This document shows, piece after piece, positions 31,724 through 43,700 of a DNA stretch of 64,000 nucleotides. The notes beneath the pieces were generated by a model that saw nothing but the letters and a program-made list of their open reading frames with translations, made no database searches and was not told the DNA's origin. Position numbers and translations under genes: made by a program. The stretch's first letter is position 1, and every line of letters starts with the position of its first letter. The stretch is from Pseudomonadota bacterium (GTDB lineage: Bacteria > Pseudomonadota > Alphaproteobacteria > RF32 > CAG-239). The stretch covers positions 1 to 64,000 of the forward strand of contig CAKJXZ020000012.1 of NCBI GenBank assembly GCA_918234285.1, in the 5' to 3' direction.

Positions 31724-34700
31724 ATGAAATATTCTAAGTCTGCGATAGGGCTCTTAACAGCGCAATATCGCAGTGTTTTAAAGAAATGCTGGATGATCAA
31801 CGTCGGGCTTTTCGCTTTGGGTGCGGCCCTGTTAACAGCCACACCTGCAGAGGCGGCTGATCCTCTGGCTAATCAGATTGTTGTTAGAACAGACGGACCA
31901 ATAGCTAAGTATGGTGAGCCATCAACGACTATCATTGGTGCTGATGTAGCTCTTTCTACTATTACTCTTACCGATAGTGTAATTAAAGCCGGTTTGGGTA
32001 TGACTAGTGGTTTGAAAGCAAGGTACGATGAATCGGGTAATGAAATTGCTTCATACTACGCAAAGGCTGCAGATTATACTACAACAGACGATCTTATAGC
32101 CGGTTATGTATCAAAGGGCAACAATGACAGTGACTGGTATAAATTGTTGAATGGTAGCGAGCAGTTTAACACATTGAATGTTAAAGGTACTAACCTCACA
32201 ACGGCAGGTGGTGTGTTAAACATCGATAATGCTGCTCGCGTTAAAAATACATTATCGATAACAGACGGTGCAAATACGGGAACGTTGCAACTGTATGACG
32301 GTACTCTCGGTTCCGCATCATTCAAAACCAACAACCTTTATATTGGTAGCAGTACTACTGCCGTTGATGGTGTTGCCTCTACGGTTGATGATGTTTCTAC
32401 TCATGCCAATTATTTGGTAACCAACGGTGCGGTTAATACGGCAATTAGTGCTGCTAAAACCGCTGCCGGTGTGTATACATCTGCTGATCATATGCAAGAT
32501 TCCGGTGCAATCTTTGCCGGTAAGACTACATTTACCGCTGCTATGGATGAAGCCGGTAAGCAAATCACTGCTAACGCCAGTAAAATTAACACTTTGATGG
32601 GTGATGATACCGGTTCGGTTAATCAGAAGATTGCGTCTGCATTTACTGACCATACCACAACGAATATTGTGGCTACAGGTACTGATTCTGGTAAGTTAGT
32701 AACCTCCGGCGCTGTTGCCGCTAAAATTGCTGACGCACAATCAGAAGCTGGCACGTATACATCTGCTACCGGCATGCAAGCTTCCGGCAAAATCTTTAAT
32801 GGTAAAATTACATTTACCGCAGCTATGGATGAAGCCGGTGCGCAAATTATGGCCAACGCAAGCAATATTGCTACAAACACCAGTGACATCGCTACCTTGA
32901 ACGGTACGGGTGCCGGTTCGGTTGATAACAAGATTATCAATCAGGCTAAAGACGCCGGTTACACCTTTAGCGGTACAACCGTAACCAAGACAATCGGCGC
33001 TGCTATCAAAGACAACGCTGATGCTATTGAAGTTTTGAACGGCGATGCTGCCGGTTCGGTTAACAAGAAGATTACCGACCAAGCTCAGAGCGCTACCTTT
33101 ACCGATGATGCCGGTACAGGTGCTCACACTTCTATTGCTGGCGCTACCACAATCAACGCCGCAATTAAAAACGTTGCCGGTGCGGTTGATACCAATACAC
33201 AAGCTATCACGGACTTAGGAAAAAGCAGAGATACTGCCGGTTCTATTAAGAATACCGTTAGAACCGAAGCCGCTGATGCTGATTATGATGCAAGCGCTAC
33301 TTATAGCACTGGCACTATCGGTAATGCTATTAAGACCAACGCCGATAACATTGCTACTCATACAACGGCTTTGGCTGACTTGGCATTGTCTGACGGCACA
33401 AAACCGACAGGTATCACTGTTCAACAGGCTATTGATTCTGCCAGAACAGGTGAGACCGGTAAGACTTTGAATGTTGGTGAAAATGCCAGCGAAATCGTTA
33501 TCGGTAAAACAACCACAGCTTATTTGGATATGAATACTGCCGCTACCGGTGCCGGTGCCGGCGATGTTGCTTTAAAAACCAATGGCGACGGTATATCTAC
33601 CGGTTTGGCTATGGCTAAAGACGGCACGATTAAATTAGGCAGATTGACTGGTGGTACCACATTAACAAACGGTATCGAAATCAGCGGTAACACTATTAAA
33701 TTCAGTGGCGCTGATGCATCGTCTACAACTGATGATGCTTCGATTACCAACGGTGCTTTGACTGCCAATTCGGCTACATTGAACAGCTTGACCTTGGGTT
33801 CAACTCCGGTTACCGGTGTTTCCACGGCTGCAGCTATTTCGACTGCTCCGGCTGCTAATGACACCTTGGCTACAACATCTGCAGTTTATAACACTGTTAA
33901 AGGTGTTACGGACACCCTCGAAACTTATGCTACCAAGTTGGAAGTATTCGGCGATGCCACTCATGCGGCTGACCTCGGCAAAGATGCCGCTACGGTTAAC
34001 CTCGGCGCTGCCGGCTCAACAACAGCTATCAACATCGGCGACAATGCTAACGGTGCCGGTATAGCTATTGCTAACCCGACAACAGGTGCTAAGACTGCCA
34101 GCTTGAAAGTTAAAGGCGATGGCGGTGACAACGGTGTATTTGCTACCGCAACTGGTGCTAAACTCGGTAAATCCATCAGCAGCACAAACTTTGACGGTGT
34201 AAGCTTTGTCGAAGGTACAGGCACCAACACCGGCACGGTTACCATTGGTGATTCTACCAAAAACGTTCAGTTCTTGAACGGTGGCGTTACTGCTACCGGT
34301 GGAATTCAGGGTGCTACTCTTAAAGCTACTGCTGCTACCGGCGGTTTAAACTTGAACGGAACAATTGCTGATTCTATTGATAATGACGGCACAGCTCCTA
34401 CTGCGGGGGGCAAGAGCACCAAGATTTTGGCTTCTACTGCGACTGTTTACAACGCAATGACCAAAGCCACGACCGATGCTCAGGCTTATACTCCGGCTGC
34501 TGCAGTTGACGGTACGGATGCCGATCCGAAAATTTTCCACGGTATTAATAAAGTAACTGATGCTTTGGATAAGGCTGGTGTCAAAATTCAAACCAATACA
34601 GGCAATATTGCGGCTAACACCACAAAATTGGATGGTTTGAAGGATTACGACAATGCTGATGCCGCTTCGGTTCAAGCCGCTTTGAGCAGCTACAAGACCG

Positions 34701-37700
34701 GTTTGCAAACGTACGCTACCAATGCTGTTACTACCGGTGCGCAGAATGCGACCTTCACCGACAGTACCACAGCGCACGCTTCGGTTAACGGTGCAACCAC
34801 GATTAAGGAAGCAATTTGGAATGTTGCCACTGCGGTTGATACAAACACCACAAAGTTAGATGGTCTGGTAGTTGAAACGACAGATCCGGCTACTCCGGTA
34901 ACTGTTCAAAACGCTATTAACTATGCGAAGAAGCAGGCAGGTGCTTATACTCCGAATGCAACGGTTCCGGAAGGTGTAACCAACATCTATTCTGGTGTAA
35001 CCACGGTTACCGGCGGTTTGGATGCTGTTGGTACTGCAGCTATGGCTAACACAGCTTCTATCAATACTTTGAACGCCGATGCCAGCAATGCTAACTCTGT
35101 TAAAGGTATGATTAAAGCTAATGCTTCTGCTGCTACTTATACAGAAAGCACTGATGAGACCACAATCGGCGGCGCAATCAAAGCTAATGCTAATAAGATT
35201 GCTACCTTGAACGGTACAGGTACCGGTTCGGTTGATAAGAAGATTACCGACCAAGCTGAAAACGCTACCTTTACTGATAGTGCAACAGCTCACACTTCGG
35301 TTAACGGTGCTACTACAATCGGTGGTGCAATTCAAAACATTGCCGGTGCTACTGATGCCAATACTGCTAAATTGGCCGGTTTGGGCGACCAAACGGTTGT
35401 ACAAGCGATTGCTGCTGCCGGTACTGCTGCCGATGGCAAGTATGTTGCTAAGACATATTTGGATAACACCAAGTCCGGTTTGACGGTAGACGCTACTGCC
35501 GGTTCTGAAAAAGTAACGGCTTATGCGAAGAATGGCGAATACAAGACCAGTGCAATTGAAGTTGCCGGTACAACTATCAAACTCGGTACCACCACTAATA
35601 ATGGTGCTGCCGGTACTGCATTTGCCGGTTTAACCTTGAGTAACGATGGCAAGACGGCTACATTTGCTTCTGCTGATACATCCGGTGCGGCTAAAAACGT
35701 TGTAGTTGCCGCCGGTAACGTAACGGCTGATGGCGAAGTTAAGGCAGCCAGTTTCAAGATTGGCGACAACGATGTTACGTCGATTGACAGCGGTGCGGCT
35801 CTGAGTTATGCTGCAGCTGCTGCCGATGCTGATAAGAAAGTAATGGCTACCGACGCTACCGTAATCAATACGGTTAGAGCTTTGGCTACTACTGAAGTTA
35901 AGAACAACGCTAATGCTATTGCTTTGTTGAATGAAGCAGATACCGAAGACGGTTCTGTATTGAACAGCATCAAGACAAAAGCTTCTAGTGCTACTTATAC
36001 AGCAAGTGCTGACCCGACCACAATCGGCGGCGCAATCAAAGCTAATGCTGATAGATTGAATTCTTTGAAGTCTGCTGCTTATGTAGATGTTACTACAACA
36101 TTGCCGGAAGGCAGTGATCTGACAGATCCTACAACACTCAAGGTTAATGACGAACAGATCAATGCATGGGTTGGTACTGAAGGCGCTAAACTCGCCACTG
36201 TAGGCACCACTTATTATGTAATTGGTCAGAAGTTGCTGAACGTTCACCAAGACTTGATGGATGACGGTGCAAATAAGTTCTCTATTGCACGCGCTTTGGG
36301 TGGTACTACCGAGAACGATACTTTGATATCTAAAGTTCAAGATCTTGCGGTTGCGGCACCTCTCGGTGACAGCACAGTTGGTGCATCTATCAATGCTAAC
36401 ACAACTAAATTGGCAGGTCTGAATGCCGGCGAAACAGCTAATCCGACAGTTCAAGATGCTATTGACTATGCAAAAGGACAGGCAGGCGTGTATACATCTG
36501 CTACCGGTATGCAAGATTCCGGCGCAATCTTTGAGGGTAAAACAACATTTACCGCTGCTATGGATGAAGCCGGTGCGCAAATTACAGCCAACAAGGCTCG
36601 CTTTGAGGGCTTTGCCAGCGATACGCAGACTGTTGCTCAATACGTAACAGCTAATGCTAAAGACGCTATTTATACTCCGGCTCAAGAAGAAACTACGCCG
36701 GGTGCTGGTGATGCTGTTCCGGCTGTAACCATCGGTGAAGCTATCCAAGCTAACGCTGATGATATTGCTGAATTGATAGGTAGCGGTGAAGGTTCTATCG
36801 ACGAGAGAATTGCTAAACAGGCTAAAGATGCCGGTTATACATTCGATTCTCAAACCGGTGCAATCACCAAGACAATCGGCGCTGCTATCAAAGACAACGC
36901 TGATGCTATCGATGTTTTGAACGGCGATGATGCTGGCTCGGTTAATAAGAAGATTAAGGACCAAGCTTCTGCTGCTACTTATACGGCAAGTGATGACGCA
37001 ACCACAATCGGCGGCGCAATCAAAGCTAATGCTAATAAATTGGCTGGTTTGAAGAAAGCTGACCAATCTGCTGCCGCTACGGTTCAAGATGCTATTGAAT
37101 CGTTTGCTGATGCTAGCGAAGCTGACTTGGCTAACGTACTGAATGGTACAACCAAGTTCACTAAGGCTAAAATCGGTGACGATTGGGCTGTTACTGAAAA
37201 TGGTAGAAAACGTTTCACAATTCGTGACACAACCACAGATGAGGCCATCGCAGTACTCGATAAAGCCGGTACATTCTCACTGAATGCTTTATCAGATACA
37301 GGCTCTCAGCAATACTTCGAAGTTAGAAACGGTTCTTTGAACCTGCAAAACAATGGTAAGAAAGTAATGATGGCTTCGGCTGCTGACCATACTTTCGCAT
37401 TGTATGATGGTGAAGGCGCTGCAACTGTTAATGTTGACTTGACAAGTGGCAACATCACTTCTAATGGTACTTTGACCTTGAAGGATGCTACGGTTGGCAA
37501 TCAGACCTTGAACGCTGCTAAGATTAAGCAAATCACCACCAACCAAACCAACATTGGCGATATGAGCCAGTTGCATGGTTCTGACAACGCTATGGTTAAC
37601 CGTGACGACAATGATAATCCTGATGGTGCTCCGACTGATATCGTTTCAGCTTTGAACAACATCTCTAAGAGTGTTGGTGATGTTCATGGTTTGAAAGCTA

Positions 37701-40700
37701 AAGTTGCAGGTGGAGCTTATGATACCGGAAGCAGCACTAAATATGCTGACGGTGCAGGCAACTTGTTTGCCGGTTCCGGTACTGACGACCACTTGGCTGA
37801 ATTGGCTGCTTCTATCGGTAACAGAACTTATGATTCTACGGTACCGTATTTGCATGCTAACGAGAGCGTTGCTACTTCGTTGGTTGCTTTGGCTACCAAC
37901 TTGAAGGACGTTGCTGACGATTATGTAAAGCAATCTTACTTTGATAACGGCGAACCGGCTACGGGTACCAATCCGGGCCTGATTTCTATGGGCTCCGGTG
38001 CGAAGAACATCGTAATCGGTAAGGTTAATGCTACTGCTCCGGATTCGGCTGCTAACATTGCTATTGATACTGCTGATGCAACTCGCTCAATCAAGGCTAC
38101 GGTTAGAAATACCGAAAACGAAGAACAAACCTTAACATTGGATAATACAGCAAATGCTCAAGGTTTGGAAGTTGCTTATAATAAGTACGACAATGCCGGT
38201 AATCCTACCGCAACCAAGAAGGTTGTTATCAATAAGGGTGTTGTAACCGCTGATGACAGCTTGGTTGCCAGCGATACAGCAGCAGCTACTTCGTCTACGA
38301 TTAATTCTGACGGTTCTGCTACCTTCGTAGGTGCAAACAAGACAGCCAGCATTGTTGACGGTACGGTAACCGCTAATAAGTTTGCATTCGATGCAACTCA
38401 TTATGCAACCGGTATCGACAATACGGGCGGCGTATTTACTGCTGCTCCGGCTGATAACTATACAATAGCTACCACCAGAACGGTTTATGACAATACCACG
38501 CTGTTGGCAGATGCCACTAACGGCAACTATACAGCTGGTTCGCTCATTAGCGCTATGGGTACTGTTGATTCGGCTATCGGTAACAGAAACTATGCTTCTA
38601 CGGTACCGTATTTGACTGCTAATGAAAGCGTTGCTACTTCGTTGACCGTTTTGGCCAATAACTTGAAAGGTGTTGCCGATAATTATGTAACCAAAGATTA
38701 CTTCAATAACGGTGATACCAGCGGTGACGCAACCAGCAATCCGAACTTCAAGAAGATTTCTATGGGCTCAGGTGCTAACGATATCACTATCGGCGGCGAT
38801 AACACCAACGTTGTTGTTGACAATGCCGGTAAGAAGATTACGTTAACAGCTGCCGGTACGACAACTGATACATTCACCTTTGATAATACAGATGGTGCAG
38901 TATTCAGCAATGTTGACGGTAGCACCACCAAGAGCGTGAAGATTGCCACAGGTAATGTTACGGCTGATGGTGATGTAATCGCAGCTGGTAGCTTGATTGC
39001 CGGTGATAAGACTGGCACGGCTTATGCTGAAGTTAAGTCTGACGGTTCTGCTACCTTCAAGAATGGCAGCAAGGAAGTTACCATTAAAAACGGTGATATC
39101 AATGCTGACGATATCGTTTCGACATCATTGTCTGCTAGCGTAATTAATGGCGCTAAAATCAACGGTGCTAGTATTACTGCCGGCACGATTGATTTCTTGG
39201 CTGGTGGTGTAGCGAAGTCTGTTGATAACGCAGGTAAAGATGTTCTCGCCAGCGGTACAACCATTGATGAAGAAGGCAAAGAACTTGCTTCTACCTTGAC
39301 GGTTAAGAATACGGTTCAAGGTGCAATTTCAGTTGGCGCCGGTGTTAACTATGCTGCTGGCACGGTTAAGACGGCTGTTGCCGACTTGGATGGTGCGATT
39401 GCTGACAGAAAACTGTACAACAATACGAAGTATGCAAATCCGGGTTCGCTCGCTACTGATACTCCGATTAGCTTAGCTCAGGCCATTAAGAACATTGATG
39501 ACAACGTATATGCTAAAGTTGGTGCTGTTGACTTTGCCGATACGATGCACTATGTATCTTCGGCTGATACCGATCTGACTAAGGCCATTAAGAGCATGGA
39601 TACCAATGTATTCAACGCTATCGGTGGTTTGGATAACAGATTCGTTACCCAGGCTTACTTCAACGGTGAGAATGGTGCAAGCGGTGCTTCTTCTGATGTT
39701 GTTATGGGCAGAAGCGCAAGCAGCATTCAAATCGGTGCTCAAAACTTCAGCGGTACAGGTCCGACAGGTTTGAACTCCGGTATTCAGATTGATGTAACCA
39801 GAAGCGGTACCGGTTCGATTACCGACAGCACAATTTCTATCGGTACGAACGGCAACAGCTCGTTTGACGGTATTCAGGTCAGCAGCAACGGTACTAACGT
39901 TGTTATCGGCAATTCTGCCGCTAACGGTGATAAAGTTACCTTCGCTGGCGGTGCTGTAACGGCTACCGGTGCGGTTCAGACCACTGAATTGAAGTTGGCT
40001 AAGACCGAAACCGGTTCGACAACTCCGACCATTACAAGTGCTGATTCTATCGACAACGCAGGTACGGTTATGACCGCTGCTCCGACAGACGGTAAGACCT
40101 TAGCTTCTACCTTGACTGTTTATAACAACATTCAAGATGCTACGGTATTTAAGGCTGCCGAAGTGCCGGCAACTGCACACAACTATGCGGCAGGTGATAC
40201 GGTTAAACAAGCTATCGCCAGCTTGGATAATGTTGCAGGTGACAGACAGGTTTACAGAAGTTCGCACTATGCTAACCCGGCCAGTACCGATATTTCGTTG
40301 GCAAATGCCATCAAGAACTTGGATACGGAAGTTTACACCATTGCTAATGACTATGTAAAGATTTCGTACTTCAACAACGGTGAACCTGATCAAATTGACA
40401 ACGGTTCCGGTACGATGGTTGATAATCCGAACGCTGGTCTGATTTCTATGGGTTCTGGTTCTACCACCATTCAAATCGGTAAGGTTGATGCTACATCCGG
40501 CTTGAACGGTATCATCATCAACAATACTGCTGGCGGCGATAAGACCATCAAGATTGGTAACAATACTGACAACGTTACGGTTAACGGCGGTGATTTGACC
40601 GCTACCGGTAAGGTTATTGCCAACGCGGTTGAAGCTGCTACTTCTATGAAGATTGGCACAAGCGAAGCTACCTTGTTTGATAATGCAACAGCAGCTATTA

Positions 40701-43700
40701 CGGCTAGTGTTGCCGGCGCCGATGGTGCAGAAAAGAAGATGGCTAACGTTGCCGAAGTTTACAACACGGTTAAGACCAATGCTGAAGAAGCTGATTACAC
40801 CAAGGGTGGTACAACAACCACAATCGGTGCTGCAATCAAAGCTAATACTGATGAGATTGCTAAGAGAGATGTTTCTATCTCTACAGCTAAGGTTGGTAAC
40901 GTAGAAGGTGTTGAACTCGTTACGGTTACAGATGGTACCGATACGGCTACTACTTTGACCAGTACCGGTTTGGCTACATTCTTTGATAAGAAGCAAATTT
41001 GGTTGAATAAAGAACTTGGTATTGATTCCGGCGATTTGACCGGCAATCCGTATCATACGGCATTTAATGGTGCCTTCAACCTGACCAATGATGCTGATAC
41101 CACCATGACCGGTGCTATTATGGAACTGGATAGTTCTATTGGCAACAGAAAGCTGTACAACAATACGCAGTACGCAAATCCGGGTTCTGCCGCTGGTGAT
41201 GATCCGATTGACGTTGCAACGGCTATTCAGAACATGGATACCAATATCTATGCTAAGATGGGCGATGTTAACTTCGCTACCGATCCGGCGATGCACTATG
41301 TTGAAGCAAGTGATAACCTGACTGATGCAATTAAGCACATCGACACCAAAGTTTATAACGAAATCTCCGGTTTGGATGACAAGTATGTAACCAAAGCTTA
41401 CTTCAATAACGGTGAACTGTCTACGGGCACTAATCCGGGCTTGATTTCGATGGGTTCCGGCGCAAGTCAGATTAACATCGGTAAGACAGTTCCGGCAGGA
41501 ACTCCTACTTCTGCAGTACTTGATTCCGGCTTGTCTATCAACAACACAACCGGCGATGTAATGCTCGGTCAAATTTCTCAAGTTGGCTCAGGCGCTACTG
41601 CGAAGAGCGTTGTTGAAACCGGTGTTAACGTTGATAATGCTACGCATACCGCAAGCCTTATCTCGGCTAACGGCCAATCCAGTATTAATGCGGTTGATGT
41701 TAACCAGACCACAATTAAACTCGGTATGACCACGACTGATACCAACGGCAACCCGTTGTTCTCCGGCGTATCGATTAACAATGGTGTTATGACCAACGCT
41801 AATCCGACCAACGCTAACAAGAAGTCTACTGTTTCTTCTGATGCTGTTGTAGTAACAGATGGATCTAGCACTTCTTCAATGGCTGCCAGCGGTATGGCTG
41901 TTGCCGGTGCTACCGGTACAACCTTAATCGGTGCCGGTGCTATCTCGGCTTCCGACGGCGCTGGTAACGTAACCGGTATTAGTACTACGGGCGTATCCGT
42001 AACCGATGGTAGTAGTACCTCTTTGGTTGCGGCTGACGCTATGGCTGTTATGAAAGGAAACGACTCTTCATCGATGTCGGCTACCGGTGTAACTATTAAA
42101 GATAACAGCGGTAACTCTAACACCATCAACAAGTCTGGTATGACGGTTGCTGATAGTCAGGGTAATACTGCGGCTGTCACAACTACCAGCATGAGTGTTG
42201 CTAACGGTTCTAAGAAGGCTGAAATGACTACCGACGCTATCTCGATTACCGATGGTAACAACACCACGTCGATTACTGCCGGTAGCGTAACCACCAAGGA
42301 AGTGATTGCTGAGAAGTTCGCATTCAATGATACCGATTATGCAACCGGTATTGATGCAGGTAATGATGTCAACGGCGGCAGTGCTGTAGTTGACGGTCAC
42401 ACTATTGCTACGACCGCTACGGTTAAGGCAAGTGTTGACGGTATGGTTGCCGATATCAAGAAGGAAATTCACGGTGATCAGAATGATTCGACAGTACCGG
42501 TTACTCTCGGCGATTATTCTGACACAGTTGTTGTCGGTAGTAGTTCGGTTGACGCCGTAAGCCATGAGAGAACTCTGTGGTCCGGTATGGAAATTGATAC
42601 CACAAGAGATGCTACTTCTGGTGATGTAACCAACCGTGAAGTAACGCTTGCTGCTATCATCGACGACGATAACGGTGTTGAAGTTGACTTGGATGCCGCT
42701 AACCAAACCATTGAGTTGACGGCAGCCGGTAAGGATACGAATAACAAGGATTCTGAAACCGGTGTCAAGATTGACAACAAGAATCAGAAGATTACCTTGA
42801 GTTCGACTGATGAGGCTTCGGAAAACACAACCGGAATCGAAATCAGCAACAAGGATGGTACCATTGCTATTTCTTCGGCTAACGATGATGATCATACCGC
42901 CAGCGGCTTGACCATTGTTAACGACAAGGCAAGTGGCAAACATACCATTGACTTGGCTTACACCGAGAAAGACAATAACGTTACGTCCACTTACGGCTTG
43001 AGCATCGATGGCGATAATCAGACCTACAGCTTAGGTTCTGAAACCGCAACATCGTCTTCGGGCTTAGATATCAATGCTAATACCAGTGTTTATACATTAG
43101 GTAAGAGCACGATTTCTGGCACTACGAAAACGCTTGACTATGGTATGACCATGGATGCTGCTAACGGTGTAACCACGTTTGCTGCTAGCGACGGTGAAGG
43201 TGTTACCATGAATAAGGGTGACATGACTGTTACCAGCAGTGCTACGGTTGGTTCTGAAACCGGCGGTGTATTGTCCGGTGTTAAACTTGACAAGTCCGGT
43301 ACGGCTCAGGCTTCTGAGAGCGTTACTGTAGGTCAGGTTAAAGCTGACGGCAGCTTGGACGGCAACGGCGTTCAGATGAAGAACGACGGCTCTGCTAAGT
43401 TCAGCGCTACCGAAGGTGCCGTGACCGTTGAGAAGGGCGGAGTTATCGCTGATAACAACGTAACCGTTGGCGACAAGTCCGGTGATAACTACATCGACAT
43501 GGCTAAGCAAACCGACGGCAGCTTAAAAGCTACCTTCGCTTCTGCTGACGGTAATGTTGAAATTGCCGGTGGTAATGTAACTGCCGACAACAAGGTTACC
43601 GCTAATGACATCGAAGCTAAGAACAGCATCTTTGTCGGTGATCCGGCAGGTGAAATTGCTGCTCTGTACAAGAAAGGTCTTGTTGCAGTTAAAGACGCTG

